NCBI GenBank assembly: GCA_039794085.1
Contig: JBDIWC010000017.1
Coordinates: 1-64,000 of the forward strand
Direction of reading: 5' to 3'
From: Gemmatimonadales bacterium
GTDB lineage: Bacteria > Gemmatimonadota > Gemmatimonadetes > Gemmatimonadales > GWC2-71-9
DNA: 64,000 bases
A program made the position numbers and the translations under genes. Position 1 is the stretch's first letter. Every line of letters starts with the position of its first letter. Below, piece after piece: positions 39,709 to 49,803 of this stretch. A model generated the notes under the pieces. The model searched no databases. It was not told where the DNA came from and worked only from the letters and a program-made list of their open reading frames with translations.

Positions 39709-41025
39709 CTACGGCAGAACCTTGGCGGCCGTGAAGTCTCCGGGGCGCGGTCCTGGGTGAAGCTGCCATCCCTCGGCGAGTGCGAGTCTCCATCCCGGTC
39801 CTTCGATTACCGTGGCGGTGGCGTTCATCCCTGCCGGCACCGGAATGCGAACCTCCCGATTGTCGGGAGCGACGAGAGCGCCACCCCGTTCCACGGTGAG
39901 CACACCCCAGTCGGCCCGGAAGGTGCCCGTCGGGTAGACGGTCCCATCCGATCCGAGCGGGATCAGGTTGTTGGGGTTGAAGCTGCGAAACATCTCGTCT
40001 GCGCGGAGAATGATGACCGGACCTTCCACGAGTTGAGTCCGGTACTTGGCCACGGCGCGCGCCCGGGCCTCCGCGCGTTCGTCCTCCTCCCGAGCCAGAG
40101 CCTCCCCTCCGTACCGTGCCGCCGCTGTCTCCACCGCAGCGGACAGGTCCTCTGGTGCCGTGAAGCCGAGTGCGGGGGGCAGTTGAGCGGCGAAGCCCTT
40201 CTCCTTGACACCGATCCGCCACTCCGGAGCGTGCCGATCGAGCAGGAGGCCCAGGAGCGGGCCGGTCCCGTAGCCGAGCGCCCGGACGTAGGTGGGGCGG
40301 TTCTCGAAATCGGCCGCGGCCTCGGCTGGTCGTGCCGAGGGGAGGCCGGTGGACGCGAGGGACAGCCGGGTGCCGGTGTACTCGGCCAGGCCTTCCTGGA
40401 TCTCAAGCGCATTCTCCAGCGAGTCGGACCCGGGGTATCGGTGATTCCGGGCGGCCCGGAAAAGCACCGCATCACGGGCCGCCTGGCGGGAAGTCCCGGA
40501 GTCCGACCGAAGGGCCGCCGCCAGGGCCCGGAGTTCCAGCCGCAGGAGGTACCGGCCATCGCGCTCATCGAGGTGGGCGTTGATGGCGTCTCGGGCATTG
40601 AGCCCAAGATCGGGCTGGATCCGATGAAAGGCCTCGTGGACCAGCAGGCGGATCCGGAGGAACGGATCGTCGGGGAGGGGGAGCCGCACCGTCGACCAGA
40701 GCCGACCCTTCCACGGAATGGCGGTGTTCGCCACCTGCATCCCCTCGGGCACCCTGCCGATCCAGAGGTTGCCCTCGCGCTCGAAGTGTCCTTCCGGGGG
40801 CCGCTCTGTGGCGACGGCGAGTCCCGTTCTTCCATCAACAACGATCAGCGGGCCGCAGAGGGATTGTCCCCACAGCCGACCGCCATCCTGGCCACACACC
40901 CGGACAAACTCCCGAACCCCGGCCAGTGCGGCGGAGCTGTCGGCGGGCGTCTGGGCTGCACGAACCTGAGGTGCGAGGGACGCGAAGCAGAGGGGCAACA
41001 ACAAGACGAGGCGCGCCGGGGGCAT
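39709..41025 (-). CDS. secreted protein with HExxH metallopeptidase-like motif
   Basis: signal peptide; HEAFH plus downstream EGLAEY. Confidence 0.75.
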   Translation of the reverse strand: MPPARLVLLLPLCFASLAPQVRAAQTPADSSAALAGVREFVRVCGQDGGRLWGQSLCGPLIVVDGRTGLAVATERPPEGHFEREGNLWIGRVPEGMQVANTAIPWKGRLWSTVRLPLPDDPFLRIRLLVHEAFHRIQPDLGLNARDAINAHLDERDGRYLLRLELRALAAALRSDSGTSRQAARDAVLFRAARNHRYPGSDSLENALEIQEGLAEYTGTRLSLASTGLPSARPAEAAADFENRPTYVRALGYGTGPLLGLLLDRHAPEWRIGVKEKGFAAQLPPALGFTAPEDLSAAVETAAARYGGEALAREEDERAEARARAVAKYRTQLVEGPVIILRADEMFRSFNPNNLIPLGSDGTVYPTGTFRADWGVLTVERGGALVAPDNREVRIPVPAGMNATATVIEGPGWRLALAEGWQLHPGPRPGDFTAAKVLP

Positions 41026-41078
41026 GTGCGGTCTCCGTGAAATTGGGAGGCGGAAGGCGTGGGGAGCGGTACGCTGTC

Positions 41079-41112
41079 CTGCCTTGGATGCTCCACTGCC
41101 TTGGATGCTCCA
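41079..41112. repeat. perfect 17-bp tandem duplication
   Basis: CTGCCTTGGATGCTCCA x2. Confidence 0.9.
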
Positions 41113-41276
41113 CGCTCTCCATTCGTTGCGCTCGGCCCCGATCGCCGATTCCTGCATCGGCCGATTGTCAGGGCGGTGCCGCTGCTTGACGATCTCTTGA
41201 CTCCCCGGGCGTTGCGTGGTGTGTCGTTGTCCATGAGGGGCGGCGGCGGAACTCAGACAAGCGAAAGGAGTACACC

Positions 41277-42407
41277 GTGCGAAGAAACGGAGTTCTTCTT
41301 GCCCTGATGGTGACGGGGCTGGTGGGGTGCGAGTCCGTGGGGACGCCAACGGCGCCCCCCCAGGATCCGGATCTCAGCCGGTTCGGGCGTCCCGACATTG
41401 TGGTGCTGCCGGGCACCTCGATCCAGGACGCCATCGATCGGGCGGCGCCGGGAGATCGGATCTTCGTGCGTCCCGGAATCTACCGCGAGACCGTCACCAT
41501 CTCGAAGCCCGGAATCGCCCTGGTGGGTCTGGGGCAGCGCAATGGCACCCACGGAGTCCCGGTGATCGAGAACCCCGGCGGTGCCGACGACGGGATCAAG
41601 GTCACCTCGGCGGCGACGGGAGTCGAGATCGTCAACCTCGTGGTGCGAGGGTTCGAGGAGAACGGGGTCTATCTGCGCGGCGTGTCCGGGTTCGTGCTCC
41701 GGGACATCGTCGCCGTGGACAATGGGGAGTACGGCCTCTTCCCGGTCTTTTCCTCGGGCCTCGTCGAGCGGTGCATGGCCAGTGGGCACAGCGACACGGG
41801 CATCTACATCGGACAGTCGAGTCAGGTGGTGATTCGGAACAATGTCGCCTTCGGGAATGTGAATGGGATCGAGGTCGAGAACAGCACCGACATTCAGGTG
41901 CTCGACAACGACACCCACGACAACACCGCTGGCATCATCGTCGTCCTCCTCCCCGGGTTTCCCACCAAGGTGTCCTCGAGCATCCTGGTCGAGGGCAACA
42001 GGGTCAAGGACAACAACCTGCCGAACTTTTCCACCGGTGGGTTCGAGCGGTTCGTTCCGGCCGGATCGGGGATTCTGGTGGTCGGCGCCGATCAGACCAC
42101 GGTGCGCAACAACACGGTGCACGGAAACAACTTCGTGGGCATCGCCGTGGCCAACACCGGTTTGCTGGCTCAGTTGGCCGGAGTACCGATTGACGTGGAG
42201 CCGTTCCCCGATGGCGCCCGCGTCGAGAACAACACGGTCACGGGCAACGGAGGGACTCAGCCCATTCCGTTCCTCCCGCCCGGAACCGACCTGCTGTGGG
42301 ACGGGACCGGTGTCGGTGCCTGTTGGACCGGGAACACCTTCCTGACCAGCCTGAACCTCGATCTCCTGGGTGGGAATCCGAGCCCGTCTCTTCCGGCCTG
42401 TTCATAG
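41277..42407 (+). CDS. right-handed parallel beta-helix lipoprotein
   Basis: lipobox LVGC; SIQDAID, EYGLFPV, DTGIYIGQS, NVNGIEVENS. Confidence 0.9.
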   Translation: MRRNGVLLALMVTGLVGCESVGTPTAPPQDPDLSRFGRPDIVVLPGTSIQDAIDRAAPGDRIFVRPGIYRETVTISKPGIALVGLGQRNGTHGVPVIENPGGADDGIKVTSAATGVEIVNLVVRGFEENGVYLRGVSGFVLRDIVAVDNGEYGLFPVFSSGLVERCMASGHSDTGIYIGQSSQVVIRNNVAFGNVNGIEVENSTDIQVLDNDTHDNTAGIIVVLLPGFPTKVSSSILVEGNRVKDNNLPNFSTGGFERFVPAGSGILVVGADQTTVRNNTVHGNNFVGIAVANTGLLAQLAGVPIDVEPFPDGARVENNTVTGNGGTQPIPFLPPGTDLLWDGTGVGACWTGNTFLTSLNLDLLGGNPSPSLPACS

Positions 42408-42536
42408 CTGATTGCCAACCAAAACGGACCGGCCGTGATTCTGAACGCCTCGCTCTCCGCGGGGCGTTCAGCATGTCCACCCCGGAAACCCATGCCCGCT
42501 CTCAGATGGATACGCCAACGAGCTGATGGTGTGCGC

Positions 42537-42566
42537 TTGCCGCGAGGACGGCGGGTGGCGTATACT
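42537..42566 (+). promoter_or_regulatory. sigma70-like promoter for the TRAP permease genes
   Basis: TTGCCG-N18-TATACT. Confidence 0.4.
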
Positions 42567-42622
42567 CGGGCGCACCGCCGCGTTGTCCCCTCGTTCACCC
42601 CATCCGGAGTCGTGACACCCGC

Positions 42623-43195
42623 ATGCGCGCCCTGCTCGCCTTCGCCCGCGCCGTGGGCCGCCTTACCGACGCAGTGTATGCCGCGATCCGGTGGCTCACC
42701 CTGGCGATGATCCTGGTCGGTGCGCTGAACGCGCTGGCGCGCTACGCCACGCGATACACGGGGGTGTCGCTGGCGTCCAACGCCGCGTTCGACCTGCAGT
42801 GGTACATGTTCAGCCTGATCTTCCTGCTGGGCGCGGCGTACGGCCTGCGACACGATGTTCATGTCCGGGTGGACGTGCTGTACAGCCGGGTGGCCCCGCG
42901 CACCCGCGCCTGGATCGACCTGGTCGGCACGGCGCTCTTTCTGGTCCCCTTCTGTGTCATGATGCTGCTGACCTCCTGGCCCGCCGTCCGCAACTCCTGG
43001 GCCGTGCGCGAGGGGTCCCCCGATCCGGGGGGACTGGCCCGGTACCCGATCAAGACCGTGCTGCTGGCCTGTTTCGCTCTGCTGCTGCTCCAGGCCCTGG
43101 CCCAGATCATCACTCGCATCGCGGAGCTTCGGGACGGGACCACGGAACTGCCGACCGGGGAGTCGCCCGGCACGCCCGTCCCGGGGGGTCTCTGA
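42623..43195 (+). CDS. dctQ: TRAP transporter small permease
   Basis: 4 TM helices, HVRVDVLY, EGSPDPGGL. Confidence 0.93.
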   Translation: MRALLAFARAVGRLTDAVYAAIRWLTLAMILVGALNALARYATRYTGVSLASNAAFDLQWYMFSLIFLLGAAYGLRHDVHVRVDVLYSRVAPRTRAWIDLVGTALFLVPFCVMMLLTSWPAVRNSWAVREGSPDPGGLARYPIKTVLLACFALLLLQALAQIITRIAELRDGTTELPTGESPGTPVPGGL

Positions 43196-44494
43196 ATGGA
43201 GGGGCTCTGGGGTCCCGCGATGTTCGTAGTCGCCCTCATTCTCATCTTCAGTGGGTTTCCGGTGGCCTTCGTGCTGGCCGGAACCGGCCTGCTCTTTGCC
43301 GGGCTCGGCACTCTGACGGGGCATTTCGATCCCGCCCTGCTGCTCGCCATGCCGGAGCGCGCCTTCGGCACGATGTCGAACTACACCCTGCTGGCGGTTC
43401 CCTTCTTCATCTTCATGGGGGCCACCCTCGAGAAATCCCGTCTCGCGGAGCAGCTCCTCGAATCCATCGGGATCTTCTTCGGGCGGTTCCGCGGTGGTCT
43501 CGGTCTCGGGGTGGTCGTGGTGGGGGCTCTCCTCGCCGCGGCGACCGGGGTGGTGGGCGCCTCGGTGACGGCGATGGGGCTGATCTCGCTTCCGGTGATG
43601 CTCCGCCATGGCTACCAGCGCGAGTTCTCCCTGGGGGTGATCGCCGCATCGGGCACCCTGGGCCAGATCATCCCCCCGAGCATCGTGCTGATCGTCCTGG
43701 GGGACCAGCTCGGAGTGTCCGTCGGATCGCTGTTTCGCGCCGCCGTCGTCCCCGGTCTCGTCCTCACGGGATGTTACGCGCTCTTCGTGATCGGCACCGC
43801 CGCCTTCCGGCCCAGGGTGGCTCCGGCCCTGCCGCGAGAGGTTCACGACATCGGCACGCGGCGGCTGGTGCGGCTGTTGCTGGGTTCCCTCCTGCCCCCA
43901 CTGTTTCTGATTCTCGTGGTGCTGGGGAGCATCTTCGCCGGCATCGCGACACCCACGGAAGCGGGTGCCCTCGGGGCCATCGGGGCGATGATCCTCGCCG
44001 CCCTCAACCATCAGTTCACCCGCGCGGGACTCTCGGACGCCATGCACGAGACCACCCGGCTGACCATCATGGTGGTGTTCCTGCTGATCGGGTCGATGAC
44101 CTTCGCCCTGGTCTTCCGCGGGCTGAACGGGGACCTCTGGCTGGAAGGGCTCCTCACCAATCTGCCGGGGGGAGTGATCGGTTTCCTGATCGTGGTCAAC
44201 CTGATCGTGTTCGCCCTCGGGTTCTTCATCGACTTTTTCGAGATTGCCTTCATCATCGTGCCGCTGGTGGCGCCACCCGCCGCCCTGCTCGGCATCGACC
44301 TCACCTGGCTCGGCGTTCTCCTGGCCATGAACATGCAGGCGTCGTTCCTGACCCCGCCCTTTGGCTTCTCGCTCTTCTATCTGCGGGGGGTGACCCCGGC
44401 CGAGATCCCCACCACGGCCATCTACCGCGGGGTCATCCCGTTCATCATCATCCAGGTGCTGGTCGTGGCGGGGATGGTGCTGATCGGGAGGTGA
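43196..44494 (+). CDS. dctM: TRAP transporter large permease
   Basis: LLAVPFFIFMG, GTLGQIIPPS, ATPTEAG, SFLTPPFG. Confidence 0.95.
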   Translation: MEGLWGPAMFVVALILIFSGFPVAFVLAGTGLLFAGLGTLTGHFDPALLLAMPERAFGTMSNYTLLAVPFFIFMGATLEKSRLAEQLLESIGIFFGRFRGGLGLGVVVVGALLAAATGVVGASVTAMGLISLPVMLRHGYQREFSLGVIAASGTLGQIIPPSIVLIVLGDQLGVSVGSLFRAAVVPGLVLTGCYALFVIGTAAFRPRVAPALPREVHDIGTRRLVRLLLGSLLPPLFLILVVLGSIFAGIATPTEAGALGAIGAMILAALNHQFTRAGLSDAMHETTRLTIMVVFLLIGSMTFALVFRGLNGDLWLEGLLTNLPGGVIGFLIVVNLIVFALGFFIDFFEIAFIIVPLVAPPAALLGIDLTWLGVLLAMNMQASFLTPPFGFSLFYLRGVTPAEIPTTAIYRGVIPFIIIQVLVVAGMVLIGR

Positions 44495-44521
44495 CCCGGT
44501 CGCTGCCGCGGCGCACCTCCG

Positions 44522-45637
44522 TTACTTGCTGAAGGTGAACGCCGCGTAGGCCTGCTCGGCCCCGTTGAAGTAGCCGAAGGCCTGTTCCCGGAAGGCCTTC
44601 CACGGGTCGTAGATCCGTCGGAACGCCGGGTCCCGGCCGGCGTGATCCTCCAGCAGGGCGTTGCTTTCCCGCCAGGCGGCCTCGAGGAGATCGACCGGGA
44701 AGGGTCGCACCTCGACTCCGGCGTCCCGAAGCCGGGTCAGGGCCGGCGGGTTGAGCGCATCGTAGCGCTCGAGCATGGCCTGATTCTGCTCGGCGGCCGC
44801 CACGGCCAGCGCATGCTGATAGGTGACCGGGAGTGCGTCGAACGCGCGGCGGTTGACCATCAGAGTGAGCGTCACACCCGGCTCATGCCACCCCGGGTAG
44901 TAGTAGAACCGCGCCACCTGGTGAAAGCCCAACCGCTCGTCGTCGTGGGGCCCCACCCATTCCGTGGCGTCGATGGCACCCCGTTCCAGGGCGGGATAGA
45001 TCTCGCCGCCCGCCATGACCTGCACCGACACGCCGAGCCGGGACATGACCTCGCCGCCCATGCCGGGAATGCGCATGCGCAGGCCCCGGAGATCGGTCAC
45101 CGAATCGATCGGGCGCCGGAACCATCCGCCGAACTGAGCTCCGGTGTTGCCACAGGGGAACTGGATCACCCCGAAGTCGGCGTAGACCTGCCGGAGCGCC
45201 TCCATTCCTCCCCCTTCCCTCTGCCAGGCGTTCTGCTGGCGGGCGGTGAGGCCGAAAGGAACCCCCGTGTCGAAGGCGAGGGCGGGGTTCTTGCCCAGAT
45301 AGTAGTAGCTCGCGGTATGCCCGGCGTGCACCGTTCCCTGCTGCACCGCGTCCATCACCTGGAGGCCGGGTACCAGCTCTCCCGCGGGGTAGCTGCGAAT
45401 GCGGAACCGGCCCCCGGTGAGCTGGTCCACTCGCTCCGCGAGGTGTTCCGCGGAACCGTAGATCACGTCGAGACTGCGCGGAAAGCTGGAGGCGAGCCGC
45501 CAGTTCACCTGCGGTCCCCCGGCGGTGCCGCCTTCGCCCGCCGGGCTGGAGTCCGCCCCCACACAGGCCCCGGCGGCCGCGGTACCGGCGGTGGCCAGGG
45601 CCGCTGTCTTCAGAAAGTCCCGTCGCTGCATCGTCAT
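44522..45637 (-). CDS. dctP: TRAP substrate-binding protein, TakP-like, Tat signal
   Basis: RRDFLK; WRLASSFP, GNTGAQFGGWF, MRIPG, DATEWVGPHDD, YYYPGWHEP. Confidence 0.92.
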   Translation of the reverse strand: MTMQRRDFLKTAALATAGTAAAGACVGADSSPAGEGGTAGGPQVNWRLASSFPRSLDVIYGSAEHLAERVDQLTGGRFRIRSYPAGELVPGLQVMDAVQQGTVHAGHTASYYYLGKNPALAFDTGVPFGLTARQQNAWQREGGGMEALRQVYADFGVIQFPCGNTGAQFGGWFRRPIDSVTDLRGLRMRIPGMGGEVMSRLGVSVQVMAGGEIYPALERGAIDATEWVGPHDDERLGFHQVARFYYYPGWHEPGVTLTLMVNRRAFDALPVTYQHALAVAAAEQNQAMLERYDALNPPALTRLRDAGVEVRPFPVDLLEAAWRESNALLEDHAGRDPAFRRIYDPWKAFREQAFGYFNGAEQAYAAFTFSK

Positions 45638-45673
45638 GCGTCTGCCCGTTCCGAGAGGGTGGAGTGGTCCGTG

Positions 45674-46630
45674 CTACTGTCGTCCGGCCGCGGCTCGGCC
45701 TCGTTCCAGGGTTGCGGCTCCCCCCGGCGTCAGGCCCCCATCGCCAAAAGCCACCGTCACGAAGTTGAACCCCTCCCGGAGTCTCTGCTCAATGGTACCG
45801 GCTCCCGTGGTGATCCCGATCGGAATGTTCCGAGCCCGGGCTGCCCGGAGCACCGTCTGAATGGCCTCCTCCAGCGCGGCCTGCCCCTCGGCCCCCGTCC
45901 CGCCCAGCGAGAGCCGAAGGTCCGCCGGTCCGATGAAGATCGCGGAGATGCCCGGTACTGCGAGGATCTCATCGACATTGCGGACTCCCTCCCCCGTCTC
46001 GATCTGGAGCACTGCCATGAGCTCACCCCGCGGATCGAGGGGCCAGACGTCCGCGCGGTCGGTGTAATCCGGAATACCCCAGAGCCAGGCTGCGTTACCC
46101 GCTCCGGATCCGCGAATCCCCTCCGGCGCATGGTCGGGGACACCCCGCGGCTGGGGATAGCGGACCGATCGGACCGCCCGCAGGGCTTCCTCCGCGGTAT
46201 TGATGTGGGGGAACATCACTCCCATGGCGCCGACATCCAGGACCTGTTTGGCGACATGCGTCGTCATGTCACCCCCGTTGACCGGGATCCGGACGATGGG
46301 AGTCACATCCGGCTGCAGGTTGCCCTTTTCCTGGATCCGGCGGCGGTCGGTCATCCCGAGCAGGAAAATTCGCAGCCGCTCGATGTCCAGCGGCCCATGT
46401 TCCATGTCGATCAGGACGAAGTCGAGCCCCGACCGGGCGAGCGCGCGGGCGTTTTCCAGCGACCGGTCATGGCTGAAGATGCCGAAGGTGGGCTGCCCCC
46501 CCTCCAGCAGCTCGATGGTTCGGTTGAGGCGTGCGGTCGGAGGGGAGGTCGCCTGTGCTCCGAGGGAGGCGGGGGCGGGGGCAATCGCCAGGAGGAGGGC
46601 CGTGGGGACGGCCAGCGTGAGGTGGGTCAC
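45674..46630 (-). CDS. HpcH/HpaI aldolase-family protein with signal peptide
   Basis: IDMEH, VRIP, LDVGAMGVMFP, QIET, FIGPADL; hydrophobic leader ending LGA-Q; GTG with GGAGA. Confidence 0.9.
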   Translation of the reverse strand: MTHLTLAVPTALLLAIAPAPASLGAQATSPPTARLNRTIELLEGGQPTFGIFSHDRSLENARALARSGLDFVLIDMEHGPLDIERLRIFLLGMTDRRRIQEKGNLQPDVTPIVRIPVNGGDMTTHVAKQVLDVGAMGVMFPHINTAEEALRAVRSVRYPQPRGVPDHAPEGIRGSGAGNAAWLWGIPDYTDRADVWPLDPRGELMAVLQIETGEGVRNVDEILAVPGISAIFIGPADLRLSLGGTGAEGQAALEEAIQTVLRAARARNIPIGITTGAGTIEQRLREGFNFVTVAFGDGGLTPGGAATLERGRAAAGRQ

Positions 46631-46815
46631 GGAGATCTCCGGAAGGGTGTGGGGTGCCGTTGAGAACAATCTACCTCTCTCCCCGGCCTGCGGTGAGGGG
46701 GTCACGCGGGAGGCCCCGCGAGGGACTAGCCCGACGGCCGGAGTGGGGCGTAAGTTGTCAGGGTGTGGGGACCGGGAGACCGGGACGTCGCGGACACCAT
46801 TTTCAAGGAACAGTG

Positions 46816-47841
46816 ATGCGCCTTCCCCTCGTGATCCCGGGGTCGTGTCTCCTGGCGACCCTGTCGGTTCCCGGAACCGCGGCGTCGCAGATGACCGCAC
46901 CGAACCCCTATCAAATGCCGGCGGAATCCTGGGGGCAACTCCCCGCGGGACGGACCTGGGGTGCGACGAGTGGCATCTGGACCGCGCCCGACGGCCGGTC
47001 GATCTGGGTGGCGGAGCGGTGCGGTGCCAACCAGTGCGCCGGATCGCCCCTCGATCCGATTCTCCTCTTCGATTCGTCCGGCCGGGTGGTGCGCAGCATG
47101 GGGGCGGGGCTCTTCGCCTGGCCTCACGGACTCCATGTGGACCGCGAAGGCAATGTCTGGGTCACCGATGCCGTGGGGTTCGGCGAACAGCCCCCCGGGC
47201 TGGGGCACGTGATTCACAAGTTCAGCCCCCGTGGCGACCTGCTGATGACCCTCGGGGAAAAGGGTGTCGCGGGGCGGGGACCTCGGCATTTCCGCAAGCC
47301 CTCCGCGGTTCTGGTGGCGCCGGGTGGGGAGATCTTCATCGCCGATGGCCACGACGCCGAGGGGAACAACCGGATAGTCAAACTCGCCCCTGACGGTAGC
47401 TTCCTTCTGGAATGGGGCGACACCGGCTCCGAGGCGGGTGAATTCCGGGATCCGCATGCCCTGGCGATGGATTCCGCGGGGCGCCTCTTCGTGGCGGACC
47501 GGGGGAACAGCCGCATCCAGATCTTCGACCAGAACGGGCGGCATCTCGCCACCTGGACCCAGTTCGGTCGCGCGAGCGGGCTCTTCATCGATGGAGACGA
47601 CATGCTCTACGCGGTGGATTCGGAATCGAACACCCGTCGCAATCCGGGCTGGCGGCGCGGCCTGTACATTGGAAGTGCGCGCACCGGCTGGGTGAGTGCC
47701 TTCGTCCCGGACCCGGAACCGGACCCCGATGGGTCTGCCACCAGTTTCGCGGAGGGGGTCGCGGTGGACGCGGACGGCCGGGTCTACGGTGCCGAGGTCG
47801 GATCCAGATCGGTGCGTCGGTACGTCCGGAGGGTACCATGA
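46816..47841 (+). CDS. secreted NHL-repeat protein (peptidyl-alpha-hydroxyglycine lyase-like)
   Basis: PHGLHVDREGNVWVTD, IFIADGH, PHALAMD...VADRGNSRIQIFD. Confidence 0.85.
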   Translation: MRLPLVIPGSCLLATLSVPGTAASQMTAPNPYQMPAESWGQLPAGRTWGATSGIWTAPDGRSIWVAERCGANQCAGSPLDPILLFDSSGRVVRSMGAGLFAWPHGLHVDREGNVWVTDAVGFGEQPPGLGHVIHKFSPRGDLLMTLGEKGVAGRGPRHFRKPSAVLVAPGGEIFIADGHDAEGNNRIVKLAPDGSFLLEWGDTGSEAGEFRDPHALAMDSAGRLFVADRGNSRIQIFDQNGRHLATWTQFGRASGLFIDGDDMLYAVDSESNTRRNPGWRRGLYIGSARTGWVSAFVPDPEPDPDGSATSFAEGVAVDADGRVYGAEVGSRSVRRYVRRVP

Positions 47842-49796
47842 GCACCCCGAACCTGAGGAGGGGAGCCACCCTGGGATTCGCCGCTCTCGTGGCCTCCCTC
47901 ACGACGTTGCCCGCACAGAGCGCCGAATCCGCGGACTGGCGCTACTGGGGAGGGGATATCCGGAGCACCCGTTCCTCCCCGCACGGCCAGATCACCGGGG
48001 AGAACTTCGGCGACCTGGAAGTGGCCTGGCTCTGGCACGCCGAGAACTTCAGCCCCGGCGGCGACGGGCTCCTGCGGGCCACGCCGATCTACGCCGAGGG
48101 AAAGCTGTTCACCGTGGCGGGGAGTCGGCGGTCGGTGGTGGCGATCGATCCCGCCACCGGCGAGACCCTCTGGATGTTTCGTGAACCCGAGACCAAGCGG
48201 TGGCGCGACTCGATGCGCAAGGATTACGGCAAGGGAGTGGCGTACGATGTGGTGGACGGCCGGGGCCGAATTCTGGTGGTGACACCGGCGTTCTTCCTCC
48301 ATGCGCTCGACGCCGAAACCGGACTCCCGGTTCGCGACTTCGGCGAGAACGGCACCATCGATCTCCTCGATCATCTGGGGCCGTGGGCCCACGACCGGGA
48401 TGCGGGGTTGCCGGAGGACGTCGGCTACATCACCAATTCCTCCCCGCCAATCGTGGTCGATGGCGTCATCATCGTGGGAAACTCCCATGAGCAGGGCTAC
48501 TACCAGAACCGGCGGAAGAATGTGCCCGGAAACATTCTGGCGTATGATGTGCGCACCGGTCGGCACCTCTGGACCTTCAACGTCATCCCGCGTCCCGGGG
48601 AGTTCGGGCATGAGACCTGGGGCTCCGACGCCTGGAGGGACATCGGCAATGTCTCCTCGTGGGCTCCCCTGTCGGCCGATCCCGAGCTGGGTCTGGTCTA
48701 CATTCCGACCGATCCGCCCACGGTGGATTACTTCGGAGGCATCCGGCCGGGAGACAATCTCTTCGCCACCAGCATTCTCGCGCTCGATGTCCGGACCGGT
48801 CGCCGCGCCTGGCACTTCCAGACCGTGCACCACGACATCTGGAATTACGACAATCCGCATGCCCCGCAACTCGTGGATCTCACCGTCGAGGGCCGGCGGG
48901 TTCCGGCCCTGGTCCAGGTCACCAAGCAGGGCTTCACATTCGTGTTGAATCGCCAGACCGGTGAGCCGGTGTGGCCCATCGAGGAGCGCCCGGTCCCGCC
49001 CTCGGATGTGCCGGGCGAGCACACGTCTCCCACCCAGCCCTTCCCCACGCGTCCCGCCCCATTCGAAATGCAGGGCCTCACCGAGGATGACCTGATCGAT
49101 TACACTCCCGAGTTGCGCAGACGCGCCCGGGAGGCCGTCTCCCGGTTCCGCCTCGGCCCCCTCTTCAATCCGCCGGCGGTGCAGGGGGCCCACGGTCTGG
49201 AGGCCTCGATTCACTGTCCCGGTGCCAACGGTGGGGCCAACATTCCCGGAGGCGCGGCCCTTGATCCCGCCTCGGGCATCCTCTACGTCGCGTCGGTCAA
49301 GGGGTGCAGCGCTCCCCGTCTGGTTCCGGGTGTGAGCGTGGATTCCGCGTCGGACGTGGCATGGGTTTCGGTGGGCCCCGGCGGGGTCGGTGGCGTGGAG
49401 GGACTGCCCCTCTTCAAACCTCCGTACGGACGGATCACGGCCATCGACCTCCTTACGGGCGATCACCTCTGGTGGATTCCCAATGGGGACACCCCGGACG
49501 CCGTGCGCAACCACCCGATGCTCCAGGGCGTGGACGTGGGGCGGACGGGCGCGGGCACCCACGCCACGCCGATGGTGACCGGGACGCTGCTCATCTATGG
49601 CGAGGGGAGGGGAGGGCGTCCTCTGCTGCACGCGGTGGACAAGCGCACCGGGGCCGAGCTCGCCACCGTCGCCCTCCCGGGACCGACCATGACCGCCCCG
49701 ATGACATTCATGCACCGCGGGGTGCAGTACATCGTGAGTGCCATCGGGGGTCGCGACGTCCGCGCCGGTCTGGTGGCCCTCCGGCTGCCCGAGTGA
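47838..49796 (+). CDS. periplasmic PQQ-dependent dehydrogenase (glucose dehydrogenase-like)
   Basis: signal peptide; ATPI, SPP, GDNLF, HFQTVHHDIWNYD, WPIEERPVP, KPPYGRITAID. Confidence 0.9.
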   Translation: MSTPNLRRGATLGFAALVASLTTLPAQSAESADWRYWGGDIRSTRSSPHGQITGENFGDLEVAWLWHAENFSPGGDGLLRATPIYAEGKLFTVAGSRRSVVAIDPATGETLWMFREPETKRWRDSMRKDYGKGVAYDVVDGRGRILVVTPAFFLHALDAETGLPVRDFGENGTIDLLDHLGPWAHDRDAGLPEDVGYITNSSPPIVVDGVIIVGNSHEQGYYQNRRKNVPGNILAYDVRTGRHLWTFNVIPRPGEFGHETWGSDAWRDIGNVSSWAPLSADPELGLVYIPTDPPTVDYFGGIRPGDNLFATSILALDVRTGRRAWHFQTVHHDIWNYDNPHAPQLVDLTVEGRRVPALVQVTKQGFTFVLNRQTGEPVWPIEERPVPPSDVPGEHTSPTQPFPTRPAPFEMQGLTEDDLIDYTPELRRRAREAVSRFRLGPLFNPPAVQGAHGLEASIHCPGANGGANIPGGAALDPASGILYVASVKGCSAPRLVPGVSVDSASDVAWVSVGPGGVGGVEGLPLFKPPYGRITAIDLLTGDHLWWIPNGDTPDAVRNHPMLQGVDVGRTGAGTHATPMVTGTLLIYGEGRGGRPLLHAVDKRTGAELATVALPGPTMTAPMTFMHRGVQYIVSAIGGRDVRAGLVALRLPE

Positions 49797-49803
49797 GCGA
49801 CCG

